Assembly: GCA_963732385.1 (NCBI GenBank)
Contig: CAVSZB010000002.1
Coordinates: 128,001 to 192,000, forward strand
Direction of reading: 5' to 3'
Length of the DNA stretch: 64,000 bases
Source: an uncultured bacterium
GTDB lineage: Bacteria; Krumholzibacteriota; Krumholzibacteriia; LZORAL124-64-63
A program made the position numbers and the translations under genes. Under the pieces are notes generated by a model. The model was given only the letters and a program-made list of their open reading frames with translations. It made no database searches and was not told the DNA's origin. Below, piece after piece: positions 25,874-38,009 of the stretch (position 1 is its first letter; every line of letters begins with the position of its first letter).

Positions 25874-28215
25874 CAGAAGCGCCACAACACGCCGAGGTTC
25901 GGCGCAAACCGGATCCAGTGATCCACATCGCGCTCCAGCGTGTAGACCCCGCCACCGGTATCGCGCACGGCATATTCGCTGCAACAGGCGTTTTTCTGCG
26001 CCAGCAGGTTGGTGAACTCGACGAAAGTCAGGAGTTCGCTGTTTTCCAGAGCGAAGGTGTAGGCGACGCGCAGGTCCACGGATTTGAAGGCGTCGTAGCG
26101 CGTGGCATTGCGCTGGCCCACGACCACTGGCGGTACTTCCCCGGGCGGTGCCGTGCCCAGCGTTACCGGGGTGGTCGGCCAGCCGGTGTGCCAGGTGCCG
26201 GCCAGCGTCACATCCCAGCGACCGCTGATCCAGTTGAGGCCGGCATTGAAAGAGTGGGTCTGGTCCCAGCTGCGCCGCACTTCGTCGCCGTCGATATCAT
26301 CATCGGCCTGTGACCAGGTGTAACTCAGCCACCAGCCCCAGGGCCCGACACCTCGCCGGTTGAGCAACAACTCGACGCCACGCACGCTGCCTGCGGTGGC
26401 CGGGACTTCGATGCGGTCGGTCTGCAGCTCCGGTATCAGCACCAGCGGGTCGAACTGGTTCTCGAAACGCGGCCGCAGTTCCTCGTAGTCCTTGTAATAC
26501 GCTTCCAGCCGCACGCGGATGTGGTTAACCAGCGCATGTTCGGCACTCAGGATCAGATGATCAGCTCGCTGCGCCGGGAAGAAGGTCTGGATGCCATCCT
26601 CGAGCTGCAGCTCGTTGATGCCCTGTGCCTGGTAGAAACGGCCCCAGCTGGCCCGTAGCTGCGTGCGGGCATCGGGGTCGTAGCGCAGGTTCAGCCGCGG
26701 ACTGAGTTGCGTGCCGCCGTCCACCCGGTCCCAGGTCTGATTGTCCCAGCGCATGCCGAGTTCGGTGGTCAGACGGTCAGTCATGCGCCATCGACCGCTG
26801 ACAAACGCAGCCTGCTGGCTGCCATCAGGCTGCAGAGTTGCCTCCCGCACGGTCAGGCTCGGCGGTGAATCGGGAAAGGGCTCACCGGCAGCCACATCCA
26901 GGCTGCTGGCATATGAATAATGTGCACTGAGCAGTCCCAGCTCCAGGCCATATCGAAACAGCAGCCCGTCATTGCCCTGCTGCAGTTCCAGTTTCAGATT
27001 GCTTGCATTGAAGCTGCGGTGATCGCGCACGAAGCCGGAACGCCTGCCGGGATCTTCCACCGTGCCGTCACGATCATTGTCGACGTTGGTGTAAGCCAGC
27101 AGCGCCCGGCCCAACAATTGTTCCGACCAGCGATGCTCACCCGTGGCCCAGATGTAGGCAGTGTTGTCGCTGACCTTCGACGACTCCGTCTCCTGCGAGT
27201 TGTTGACCCGCAGATGGTCGTTGGCGACCAGCAGATGCAGCGCACCGCTGGTGGCTTCAGAAAAGTCGTATTCGACCTTGGAAAAGGAATCCAGGTATTT
27301 GGGCTCGCCGAGATTGCTGTCGACGAGCCTGATCGCGTCAGCCAGGTTGCTGCGCCGGCCCGACAGCAGCCAGCGCCCGCGGGCGTCATCGAAGCTGCCA
27401 CCGGCGAGGCCGTTGGTGTGATACAGCGAGGCGCCGATCGCACGCATGCCTTCGACCGGCGGAACCACCGAGCGCACATCGATCATCGCGCTCATCCGGT
27501 CACCGTAGTTCACCGGAAAGCCGCCGGCGTAGACATCCATGGCGCCGACGATTTCGGCATCGAGCACGCTGACCGGACTGAACAGGTTCTTCAGGTGGAA
27601 GGGTTCGGACAGCGTCAGGCCGTCGAACACGATGCCGGTTTCGTTCTGCTCGCCACCGCGGATATGCGCCAGACCGGAAATCCCGTTGCTGGCGGCACCC
27701 GGCAGTCGGTGCACCGCCCGCAGGCTTTCATCTGCAAGCTTGGGCAGTGCGCGCAACTCATCCTGCACCAGCACGGTACTGACACCGATCTCCTCGCTGG
27801 CCAGCACGTAACGGCTGGCGGTGACCACTACCGTATCGAGACCCGCAGGGCGTGGCGGCCTGGCCGCCTTGCCTGGCCTGATGGCCACCACCGACCAGAC
27901 ATCGGGGCCCACCGACTGCAACTTGAGGCCATGCGGGGCGAGGATTTCACTGAGCAAGGCGATGCCGCCGGCAGCGAGCGGTTCCTGCTGCACACGCAGG
28001 GCGGGTGACACGAGTTGATCGTTGTAGATCAGCGTCAGGCCGCGAGCCTGCCATTCACGCAGCACCTCGCTGACGGAGCGACCGACCTGGCTGTCGGCCG
28101 CCTGCGCCGGCGACACGAGCAGGGACGCCAGACCGAGACAGGTCGCGACCAGCAGGGCAAAGACAATCCGCAACCGATGACGCAGCACCGGTTGCGATGA
28201 TGGAAAACCAGACAT
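25873..28215 (-). CDS. TonB-dependent receptor/transducer with N-terminal signalling extension
   Basis: Signal peptide, ~70-aa STN-like segment before the TonB box LDTVVVTASR, plug HIRGGEQNE, C-terminal WRF. Confidence 0.88.
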   Translation of the reverse strand: MSGFPSSQPVLRHRLRIVFALLVATCLGLASLLVSPAQAADSQVGRSVSEVLREWQARGLTLIYNDQLVSPALRVQQEPLAAGGIALLSEILAPHGLKLQSVGPDVWSVVAIRPGKAARPPRPAGLDTVVVTASRYVLASEEIGVSTVLVQDELRALPKLADESLRAVHRLPGAASNGISGLAHIRGGEQNETGIVFDGLTLSEPFHLKNLFSPVSVLDAEIVGAMDVYAGGFPVNYGDRMSAMIDVRSVVPPVEGMRAIGASLYHTNGLAGGSFDDARGRWLLSGRRSNLADAIRLVDSNLGEPKYLDSFSKVEYDFSEATSGALHLLVANDHLRVNNSQETESSKVSDNTAYIWATGEHRWSEQLLGRALLAYTNVDNDRDGTVEDPGRRSGFVRDHRSFNASNLKLELQQGNDGLLFRYGLELGLLSAHYSYASSLDVAAGEPFPDSPPSLTVREATLQPDGSQQAAFVSGRWRMTDRLTTELGMRWDNQTWDRVDGGTQLSPRLNLRYDPDARTQLRASWGRFYQAQGINELQLEDGIQTFFPAQRADHLILSAEHALVNHIRVRLEAYYKDYEELRPRFENQFDPLVLIPELQTDRIEVPATAGSVRGVELLLNRRGVGPWGWWLSYTWSQADDDIDGDEVRRSWDQTHSFNAGLNWISGRWDVTLAGTWHTGWPTTPVTLGTAPPGEVPPVVVGQRNATRYDAFKSVDLRVAYTFALENSELLTFVEFTNLLAQKNACCSEYAVRDTGGGVYTLERDVDHWIRFAPNLGVLWRF

Positions 28216-28315
28216 GCCAATAAGAATGCCGCAGCCCCGGGCGAAGGCGCGGTGATGTTAGCACGCAGTCACCAGCTGCCCGGCACCGAAGGCCGGGCAT
28301 TGCAATGGCGGATGA

Positions 28316-29353
28316 TTACTGTTGCGCGCGCGGCTGAACGCTGATCAGGCCGCGATCGGCGGTGTAATCGAGCGGGGTGGTGGCCATCACTGCAGCCAGT
28401 GCGGCATCGGGGCGCAGACCGGCGATCGAACCGCGCAGCACGATCTCCGCTGCGGAGGATTGCAGCCGTGGCGAGCCGAACTCGATCTCCCGGCCGGTCT
28501 CGCGCGAGACCCAGACCAGAAATTCCGACAGCGTGCGTTGCTCGATCGCAAAGGGCGGTGTCACTTCCTGCGTCCAGTCCCAGAGCGCTGCGGTGCGCTC
28601 CACGCTCTGACGCTGAATGCTGCCGTCGGCCTTGAGCAGCACCTGTTCGCCGGCATCAGCCTGTGTGACAGGCCCGGTACCGGATACCTCGACACGTCCT
28701 TCACGCACGCTGACCAGCATCGCGTCGGGAGCAACCCGCACTTCATATTGCGTGCCGAGGTGCCGGGTGGTGCCGAAACGCGACTCGATCAGCAGCGGAT
28801 CGGCGCTGCCACTCCCGCGACCAGCATCCAGATAGACAGCGCCGCGCGTGACCACGATCCGTTCCGGCGTCAGCAGTGCGACGCGCGTATCGGTATCCAG
28901 TCGCAGGCTGACGCCGTCACGCAGCCGCAGCGCTGCCCGGCCCTGCGGCCCGGTAACGATCGCCTGCCCGGCACCCAGCGCCTGGCGCACCACCGCCGGT
29001 TGCCAGTCACCATCAGAACCCGCCTCGACTGCACCACTGACGCGACTCAGCGTCGCCAGCGGCGTCGCCGGCTGATTCAGCAGCGGCAAGGCAAACCAGC
29101 TGCCGATTGCCGCCACCGCCACGCTGGCCGCCATTGCCAGCGCTGGCCAACGACGGGCAGACGACCGGACTACCGGCCGCGGTTGCCGGGCCGCGACCAC
29201 CGCCCGCCACTCGGCCTCGACCACCGCGCGTATCTGCCGGGCCACGGCTGCAGGCGGATCGGCACGCGGACCGACATCGCGCAACAGGGCAGCCAGCGAG
29301 GCTTCTTCGCCGGGCCGCATCGCTTCATCATTCTTGTGCATCATGTTCATCAA
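28316..29353 (-). CDS. FecR-family anti-sigma/transmembrane sensor
   Basis: TM helix, then LRLDTDTRV...GAVYLD...HLGTQYEVR...VSVREGRV. Confidence 0.85.
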   Translation of the reverse strand: MMNMMHKNDEAMRPGEEASLAALLRDVGPRADPPAAVARQIRAVVEAEWRAVVAARQPRPVVRSSARRWPALAMAASVAVAAIGSWFALPLLNQPATPLATLSRVSGAVEAGSDGDWQPAVVRQALGAGQAIVTGPQGRAALRLRDGVSLRLDTDTRVALLTPERIVVTRGAVYLDAGRGSGSADPLLIESRFGTTRHLGTQYEVRVAPDAMLVSVREGRVEVSGTGPVTQADAGEQVLLKADGSIQRQSVERTAALWDWTQEVTPPFAIEQRTLSEFLVWVSRETGREIEFGSPRLQSSAAEIVLRGSIAGLRPDAALAAVMATTPLDYTADRGLISVQPRAQQ

Positions 29354-29371
29354 TCCTTCTGATAAGCCGGT

Positions 29372-29977
29372 CTAGGACAGGCTCGCCAGTACATCCTGTG
29401 CCGCGGCACCGAACACCGCTTCCAGCGCATCGCGAAATGCCACCCGCGCACGCGCCAGCAGCGACTGTGTCGCGGTCGTGCCGATACCGAGCTCCACACC
29501 GATCTCTTCCACCGACAGGCCTTCGACGTACTTCATCTCCAGCGCATCGCCATAGCGCGGCGGCAGCCGATCGAGCACCGAGCGCACCAGGCGGCGCGTC
29601 TCGGCCGCGCTGTAGCGATTGGCGGGCTCTTCCGTCTCCGGAGCGGCAATCGCATCGACTGCCGCCCGGAGCTCGGGACTGTCGTCCATGAGCACGACCT
29701 TGTCGGAATGGCGGTGCCGGGCGCGCAACCAGTCGACGATTTCATGCCGGCAGATCTGGCAGACCCAGGTAAACAGCGAGGCTTCGTTGCGGAAATCGGC
29801 CAGCTTGCGCATGGCCTTGACCAGCGTGGCCTGCACCACTTCAGCCGTCGCATCGGCGTCGCCGCCCAGGCGCGGCAGGGCAAAACGGTAGACACGCGGG
29901 AAATAGCCATCGAAAAAGGCCGTGAACGCGCGTTCATCGCCCTTGAGCATTCCGGCTATGAGTTCTGTCGATTCCAT
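29372..29977 (-). CDS. ECF RNA polymerase sigma factor
   Basis: Region 2 EVVQAT...FRNEASLFTWVCQI; region 4 LDRLP...EGLSVEEIG...SLLARAR. Confidence 0.92.
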   Translation of the reverse strand: MESTELIAGMLKGDERAFTAFFDGYFPRVYRFALPRLGGDADATAEVVQATLVKAMRKLADFRNEASLFTWVCQICRHEIVDWLRARHRHSDKVVLMDDSPELRAAVDAIAAPETEEPANRYSAAETRRLVRSVLDRLPPRYGDALEMKYVEGLSVEEIGVELGIGTTATQSLLARARVAFRDALEAVFGAAAQDVLASLS

Positions 29978-30119
29978 CACGCTTCCGGTGACCGCCTGGG
30001 TAGCCTGGTACGGGCTTGGACGTTGCTGTCGGCCACAATCAATCGGCGCTTGGCCGCCGGCGATTGATTTTCAGCGCAGCCACCGTCAGAGGCTGCAGAC
30101 GAGCCAATTCACGCCAAGG

Positions 30120-30728
30120 ATGGATCACTTGCCAATGGAACACACCCCCACCAGCCCGTTTAGCCTGCAGCAGGCACCCCGTGGTGCAGCACTGCGTGGC
30201 GAACTGGAGTCATTTGTCGCCCACGCCTTCCAGGACAAGCATGGCGCGCAGATTCACTCGTTCATGCCCGATCTGCTGGGCATGCACAATGCCAGCGGCG
30301 AACTGCGGGCCGTGGCCGGCTGCCGGCCAGCCCGGCAGGAGCGCCTGTTTCTGGAACAATATCTGGATGAGCCGGTAGAGGCATTGCTGAGCGCAAGACT
30401 CGGCCAGCCGGTGGCGCGCCGGGAGATCATCGAGATCGGCAACCTCGCCAGCAACGGCTGCCGGCAGGCACGGCATCTGGTCAGCCTGCTGCCGCGCTAC
30501 CTGCTGGATCGCGGTTATACCTGGGCCATCTTCACGGCCACGGGCCTGGTGCGGGACGTACTGCAGAGCGTGGGCGCAGAACTGATCGAGCTGGCCGTCG
30601 CCGATCACGGCAAGGTCAGCACCGGCAATGACGCCTGGGGCAGCTACTACCGCAATGACCCGCGCGTGATGGCCGGCTATCTGCCCGATGGCCTGCATCT
30701 CTCGCCACGCCACCGCGTCCGCCATTGA
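30120..30728 (+). CDS. Thermostable-hemolysin family protein (GNAT-like acyltransferase fold by family knowledge)
   Basis: LFLEQYLDEPVE, IIEIGNLAS, WAIFTAT, WGSYY...PRVMAG. Start may be 30135. Confidence 0.85.
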   Translation: MDHLPMEHTPTSPFSLQQAPRGAALRGELESFVAHAFQDKHGAQIHSFMPDLLGMHNASGELRAVAGCRPARQERLFLEQYLDEPVEALLSARLGQPVARREIIEIGNLASNGCRQARHLVSLLPRYLLDRGYTWAIFTATGLVRDVLQSVGAELIELAVADHGKVSTGNDAWGSYYRNDPRVMAGYLPDGLHLSPRHRVRH

Positions 30729-32222
30729 TGATGTATCCACCGGCGGCAGCAACATCCGCCCGCGTCGCCCTGGCCGATGAGCAACGCCTGATCAGCTACG
30801 CCGCACTCGGGCCCCTGCTCGCTGCGGAACAGGCCTGGTTGCGACAGTCGGGCGGCAGCCGCTTCGCGCTGCTGGCCGACAACGGCTGCGGCTGGGCCGC
30901 TGACTGATCTCGGCCTGCACCAGGCCGGCCTGCTCAATGTGCCACTGCCGGGCTATCTTCAGCCCGGCACAGCTGCAACATGCCATCGCGCGATGCCGGC
31001 ATCGACACGCTGCTGACCGACCAGCCGGAACGCGCCATGCAGCTCGCCGCGGATTTTGTGCCGGCGGGTATCTCGCCGCAGACCGGACTGCATCTGTTTC
31101 GGCGGCACGGCTCACCATCACCGCAGCCGATACCGCCCGGCACGCTCAAGATCACCTACACCTCGGGCAGCACCGCGACGCCGAAGGGCGTCTGCCTGTC
31201 GGCACCGAGCCTGGAATCGGTGGCCACCTCACTGGCCGAGGCAACTGCCGACCTCGGGCTGACACGACATCTGTGCCTGTTGCCGCTGGCGACTTTGCTG
31301 GAGAACGTTGGCGGTATCCATGCGGCACTGCGCAGCGGTGCCAGCTGCATCATTCCTTCACTGACCACTACCGGCATGAGTTATGGCGGACTGGATCCGC
31401 AGAAGCTGATCGCAACGATCAGCGCACATGCTCCGTCCAGCCTGATCCTGGTTCCCGAACTGCTGCGCGTGCTGGTAATGGCGGCACAAAAGGGCTGGCA
31501 ACCGCCGGCCAGCCTGCGCTTCATTGCCGTGGGCGGCGCGAGCGTGGCGCCTGAACTGCTGGCCAGCGCCGCGCGACTCGGCCTGCCGGTCTTCGAGGGC
31601 TACGGGCTCAGCGAGTGCGGCTCGGTGGTCTGCGTCAACACGGCGACGGCGCAACGCCGCGGCAGTGTTGGCCGGCCCCTGCCGCATGTCCGCGTACGGC
31701 TCGACGGACAGCAGCAGATCCTGGTCAGCGGGCCGCTGATGTCGGGCTATCTGGGCGACGCTGCTCCGCCGGGCGCTGCACGCGGCGAAATTGCCACCGG
31801 CGATCTGGGCGAGATCGATGCGGATGGTTTCGTCTACGTCCGCGGTCGTCTCAAGAACCTGATCATCACCAGCCTGGGACGGAATATCTCGCCGGAATGG
31901 GTCGAGCGCGAACTGCAAATCGAAGCCCGCCATCGGCATGGCGGTGGTCTGTGGTGAAGCACGGCCGTATCTGGGCGCGCTGATCAGTCCGGCCGGCGCT
32001 GCTGGCAGCGAGCAGATTGCCGCCGCTGTCGCCCGGGTCAACGCCCGGCTGCCCGACTACGCCCAACTGCGACGGTGGGCCGTGGTCGATGCGCCCTTCA
32101 CTTTTGCCAATGGCCTGCTCACGGCCAATGGCCGCCCGCGACGGGCACACATCCTGGAACTCCATGCCGAGACGCTGGAGTCCCTGTATCCGGAGACGAC
32201 CGCAACAGAGGCCACCACCTGA
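30728..32222 (+). CDS. AMP-binding (acyl-CoA synthetase-like) enzyme (frameshifts)
   Basis: ITYTSGSTATPKGV, EGYGLSE, ATGDLG, GRLKNLII, LTANGRPRR; TGATG coupling to the upstream gene. Confidence 0.9.
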
Positions 32223-32909
32223 TGAGCAAAGCCAGACCGCACACCGCACAGCCGTCCTTCTACGACGAGCTGCAAGTCATCACGCATGAACGACCGGGAT
32301 TTTCTGCTCGCGGCACCGATCATCAATGCGGCCTTCGCCGGCAAGATCAGCCACGCCCAGTACCTCGCGTTTCTCGGTCAGGCCTGGCATCACGTGCGGC
32401 ACACCATGCCGCTGCTGATGGCCCTCGGCAGCCGGCTGCCGGAGCGCCACGCGGGGCTGCTCGACAATGTCCTGCACTACCTGGAAGAGGAAACCGGCCA
32501 CGACGACTGGATCCTCAACGACATCGAAGCGGCCGGCGGCGACCGGCACGCCGCAGCCCGCTCGGCACCCAATGTCGAGACCGAGGCGATGGTGGCCTAC
32601 GCCTGGGACACCATCATGCGCGGCAATCCGATCGGCTTTTTCGGCATGGTCTTCGTGCTCGAAGGCAGCAGCGCAGCGCTGGCACTGCGCGGTGCGGATG
32701 CGATACAAAATGCACTGGGCCTGCCCGACAGCGCCTTCAGCTATCTGCGCAGTCACGGCACGCTCGACCAGGAACATGTGCAGGATCTCGCCACCATCCT
32801 CAACGGGCTCAGCGAGCCGGACGACCGGGCTGCCGTGGTACGTTGTGCAAAAGCCATGTACTGGCTCTACGGCCACATGTTCCGCGGCATCGACCGCAAC
32901 GCCGGCTAG
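32222..32909 (+). CDS. Heme-oxygenase-like diiron oxidase / iron-containing redox enzyme (frameshift ~32290)
   Basis: YLEEETGHDDW, FVLEG, SHGTLDQEH metal-ligand pattern. Confidence 0.85.
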
Positions 32910-32939
32910 ACCACCGGCACACGACTGAGGAGACTGCAG

Positions 32940-33767
32940 ATGGATCTCGGGACAGCGCGCGTACTGCTCACCGGCGGCGCCGGCGGCATCGGCGGCGCGA
33001 TAGCGCGAGGCGCTGCTGGCCAAGGGTGCTGTCGGTGCTGCTGGTCGACATGAATGAAGTGGCCTTGCAGCACTTCGTCAGCGAGCGGCTGGCGCAATAC
33101 GGCGACCGGGTCGCAACCCTGGCTGCCAACCTGACACGCGCCGACGACCGGGCACTGGTCAGCGCACAGGCGCAGCATTTTCACGGCGGCATCAACGTGC
33201 TGATCAACAATGCCGGCGTCAGCCACTTCCGCCTGCTCGATGAGCAGGCACCGGAAGCCATCGACCTGGCACTGGCCGTGAATCTGCAGGCACCGATTCA
33301 CCTGTGCCGCCTGCTGTTGCCACATCTGCGCCGCCAGCCCGCGGCACATATCCTCAACACCGGCTCGGTATTCGGCAGCATCGGCTATCCGGGCTATGCC
33401 GTGTATTCGGCGACCAAGTTCGGCATGCGCGGCTTCAGCGAAGCGTTGCGCCGGGAACTCGGCGACAGCACGGTGCGCGTGCACTACCTGGCACCGCGCG
33501 CCACGCGCACCGGCATCAACACGGCCGAGGTCGAACAGATGAATGCGCGAACTCGGCGTGGCCATGGATCCGGTCGCAACCGTGGCCGCAGCCGCCTGCC
33601 GGATTCTCGAAACCGAAGCGAGCGAAACGGTGGTGGGCTGGCCGGAAAAGCTGTTTGCCCGCATCAATGGCGTACTGCCCGGTGTGGTCGACAAGGCCAT
33701 CGTCAAACAGCTCGCCATCATCCGGCGTTACGCCGCCATCAAACCGGCCACCACGCCATCAGCCTGA
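32940..33767 (+). CDS. Short-chain dehydrogenase/reductase (frameshifts)
   Basis: LLTGGAGGIG, INNAG, YSATKFG, YLAPRATRT. Confidence 0.88.
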
Positions 33768-33778
33768 GGAATAACCCC

Positions 33779-34445
33779 ATGTTCAACACGATCCGTCTGC
33801 TATCCACCGGCCTCGCCACCGTGCTGGTCGGCATCAGCCTGAGCAGCACACGCGGCACCGGCGACTTTCGATGCCGAACTGCTGGCCATACAGACCGACT
33901 GGGCGACTGCCAACTACACCACGGCCGAGCCTCAGCGGGAGGCTGCCTTCGACAAGCTGATCGTGCGTGCCGCCGCCCTCAGCAGCCAGAACCCGAAACG
34001 CGCCGAGGCGCTGATCTGGGAAGGCATCGTGCTGAGCACTGCGGCCGGCGTGAAGGGCGGGCTGGGTGCACTCGGTCTGGCCAAACAATCGCGGGAAAAA
34101 CTCGAAGCCGCACTGGCCATCGATGCCAATGCGCTGGACGGCTCGGCCTATACCAGCCTCGGCACGCTCTATCACAAGGTGCCGGGCTTCCCGGTCGGTT
34201 TCGGCAGCGACAAGAAAGCCAGGGAGTATCTGCGCAAGGCGCTGCAGATCAACCCGAATGGCATCGACCCGAACTACTTCTATGCCGAGTTCCTGTACGA
34301 CGAGGACGACTACGCTGGCGCCCTGCAGCATCTGGAGAAGGCGCTCAAGGCAGCACCGCGGCCCGGTCGCGCCTCGGCCGACGAAGGCCGGCGTCAGGAC
34401 ATCCAGAAACTGATGGCCAAAGTCCGCAAGGAACTCACCAGTTGA
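33779..34445 (+). CDS. Secreted TPR-repeat protein (frameshift ~33860)
   Basis: Signal-like N-terminus; GGLGAL, SAYTSLGTLYHKVPGFPVGFG, INPNGIDPNYFYAEFL. Confidence 0.8.
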
Positions 34446-37400
34446 CCGAATAGATCAGGTCGAGCGCCTGCTCCTCGCCGGAGCTGGCCTCGATGCTGAG
34501 ACGGCGGCCGATCTTGTAGGTGACCCATACGGTGCCGAGGTTGTCGAACACGCCGTAGCTGTAGCGGATGTACAGGTCATCGCCGAGCTGCTCGCCGACC
34601 ACGACGGCTGTGCTGCCGGTGCTGGTGGTGTCCAGCGCCGATCTCGTCGACGCTTGAGTGCCGAGCCGAGCTTCTGCGCAACCGGCAAGGCACCATTGAG
34701 CCCGAGGCTCACCGCCGTGCTGGCCACCGAGTACTGATCACCGGCACCTGCGGCCGACAGCGGCCGGCCGGTGGTCAGGTAGGACAGCGCATCCATCTCG
34801 CCCATCGCCGGCTCGGAGAACACGCGGGTGAGGATGCGCGACAGCGTGCCCGACAGCAGCACACCGACGGTGATCTCGCTGCCTTCGTAGCTGATCTTCG
34901 CGGCTGGCCTTCACATCGAGGCCCGGATCGGTCACATCGCCGGCAAACATCAGCGAGCCCCGGTCGATATCGAGCTTCTGGCCGAAGGCGGCGAACTTGC
35001 CCTCCTCGAGCTTGATGACCCCGTCGGCACTGACACCGTTCTGGCCGGCAAGCTGCGCATGCGAGAGGCTCATCTCGCCCGTGAGCCTGGTCTTGAGGCC
35101 GAAGCCTTCGAAACTGACCTTCTCGCCGAGCTGCACCCGCAGGCCATCGAGCACGAACAATGCCGGTGCCTGCCGCGACGGCCACCTGGCTGCGGCCGTG
35201 CACCACCGTGTCGGTCGACGGTCTGCACGGCACTCTCGGCTATCTTCTTCAGCCTGATGTCGGCACGCGGCACCAGCACTTCGCCACTCACCAGGAACTG
35301 GCGCTCGCGCAGGACCACGCGCACGTTTGGCGAAACCTGCACCAGGCCATTCGGCAGGTTGATCACTTCGAAGACACGTCCGCGGATGGCGAGTTCGGCC
35401 TCGGGCAGCAGACCGGTCGCGCCACAGTACCGTGCCGTCCACACCGACATGACCCTTGCCGGAACGTGCGCCACCCTTGATGACGGCCGCACCGTCCTCG
35501 CGACCGAGTATCGCCAGCGCGATCCGGTCCACTTTCACGCCAGCCGCAGGCAGGCTGAGTGCCCCATCGATCAACTCGAGCCCGCCGCTGATGTCGGGGC
35601 GGCGCGGATTGCCGGACAGTCCGGCGCGCAACTCGATGCGCCCGCGGACGTCGCCGATGTCGATGAAGCGCTCGATGACGGGGCTGATCGGCACCAGGTC
35701 CGGGATGCCGCCGGCCACGGTACCGCGGATCACCGGCTCGGCACCGAAGGGATCGTCCACCACGCCGCCAGCAGCCAGCGAGAGGCCAAAGCCCGCCGCA
35801 AGCCGACCCGAATAACTGAGCTGCGCATCGGTGAGGCTGGCTTCCAGCATGAATTCGCTGATCGGTACGGTGATGTCATCTCCGTCGCCATCGGTACGGT
35901 AGATGAATGCCGCATCCTGCAATCCGGCCTGCAGCGTGCCGGTCACATCCGACTGGTACTGCCGGAAATCGATTTCCACAGCGGCCGTACCCTCCAGCGC
36001 CACCGCGGTACCGAGGTACGCGGCGAGACTGGCCAGCGGAAAGCGGCTGAGACGCAGGCCGCCACCCATGCCCTGCCTGTCGGTCCAGCTATCCGTCAGG
36101 CAGAGCTGTGCGGTCGAGAGCCCCCAGCAGTGTGCGCCCAGGCGGATATCGGCACCGGCAAGCCGCAACACCGCGGCCTGCTGCAGCGTCCAGTGCTGCG
36201 CACCGGGCAGAATGACAAAGCCCTGCGTGAACTCCTCGCGGAGCACACCGTCTTTGAGCATGCCGGTGGCCTCCAGACCCACCGTGACTTCGCCACCCGC
36301 GAGCGCGATACGCAGCGTGTGGGCATCGAGCACGCCACCGGCAAGCACATCAAGGTCACCCAGCTGCTGCCCGGTCACGGCAATTCCGCTGGCCGTCAGA
36401 TTCGAGATCCAGTGCATTGCGCGCACCGAGCCCGCCGCGCGCGCGCAGGGCGTCGACGCGCAGCGCACCGATGCCAAGCTTTTCGCCATCCAGCACAAGC
36501 TGGAAGCCCGGCTTCTCGGCCGTTCCGCCGATCGTGCCAGTAGCCGCGCAGCCAACCCTCGAGTCCCGGCCAGAGCGTGGCCAGATCGGGCGCATCGATG
36601 CTGAACTGTCCGGACAGTGCGGGCCCCCAGATGCCGTCGATATCCAGGCGGTTGGCACCGGCCAGGACCTGCACTTCATCGAATGCGTAGCCGACATCGG
36701 CGCTCGCCACCAGGCCGGAGGCGCGGAACTGGCGATCGAACAGTCGCCCCCTGGCCTCGCGCAGCTGAAAGGAGAAATTGCCGGTCGGATCGAAGCCCAG
36801 CTGCCCATCGAAATCGATCCTGCCAGCCAGGCGCGGATCCACAGGGCGCGGATCGATGCCGCGTCCGCGCAGCGCAAAGGCCCCACGCAACCCCGCCACG
36901 TAATTGAACAGGCCCTGGCCGTCGACGGTACCCGCCGGACCGGCCAGGCGCAGGCGGTCGACAGCGAATTGCCGCAGGTCACCGGTGCCGGCAGCCCGGA
37001 GCTGCATGCGCGGCCAGGCGCCGAGCGCAACGCCGGCATCGAGATCCGCACTGAAGTTGCCGGTCCAGCCGCGCAACTGCAGTTGGCCACGATCGCTGCG
37101 CAGCGTGCCCGCGGCACCGAGTTCACGGCTGACATCGCGCCAGCGTGCACCGACGATGATTTCGGGCTCATCCGCCAGCAGACGCAACACACCGCCAACG
37201 CCTACCGGATCCGGGATACGCACCACCTGCTCGAAGCGCAGTGCCTGCAGATCACCACGCAGCGGTCCCTGCCCGGCGAGATCCTGTCCGGGGACCGACC
37301 AGCGCAGGCGGGCCTCGGTCGCAAAGGGCTCGCCGGTCCCGAAGGTACCCCCGGCAGACAGTTCGATGCCGGCAAGCTGCATGGCCAGCGTACTGAAGCC

Positions 37401-37896
37401 GATCGTGCCATCAGCCAGTTCACCCTGCAGGCGCACGGCATCCATGACGAAGGGCTCACCGTCGCCGATGCGGACCTGCACATGCCCGACCTCGATACTG
37501 TCGGCAGCGATCACGACCGGCAGCAGCAGCGGCATGACCGGCGTATCGGGCTCATCGGCCGGACGCGGGCCGACCTCGACGCTGACCTCACCGGCCCGGG
37601 CCGTGGTCAGGCGCACACGACTGCGCAACAGATCGGGCCAGAACACGGCCACTTCCGCTGCCGAGATCAGCACACGGGTGCGCGTCACCTGAATCTCGAT
37701 GCGGTCGGCGCGCAGGCCGCGCAGCAGGCTGCCTTGCAGGCCACTGACACTGATTGCGCCGTCGGTCCGGGCCGCAACCGCGTCCGACCAGCCAGCTGCT
37801 GCCGGTCGGCGTCGCGAACAACCACAGGAACAGCAACACCACTGCCAGCAGCACTGCGAGCAGTGGCAGACAGCACCCGGCTGGCCAGCGCGCCAA
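34435..37896 (-). CDS. tamB: Translocation and assembly module protein TamB (many frameshifts)
   Basis: N-terminal TM anchor LLFLWLFATPTGSSWL; C-terminal GKFAAFGQKLDIDRGSL.F.G...P.LD, DALSYL..GR, QALDLIYSVNW*. Confidence 0.85.
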
Positions 37897-38009
37897 TCAC
37901 AGGTCCGGTCCCAGCGAAATGTGAATGCGCCAGGAGTCCGGCGCATCGTCATCCAGCGGCACGCCGACATCGAAACGCACCGGCCCCAGCGGCGAGTACC
38001 AGCGGATGC
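37897..38009 (-). CDS. tamA: C-terminal fragment of TamA (Omp85 family), truncated by the junction
   Basis: IRWYSPLGPVRFDVGVPLDDDAPDSWRIHISLGPDL*, immediately upstream of tamB. Confidence 0.85.
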
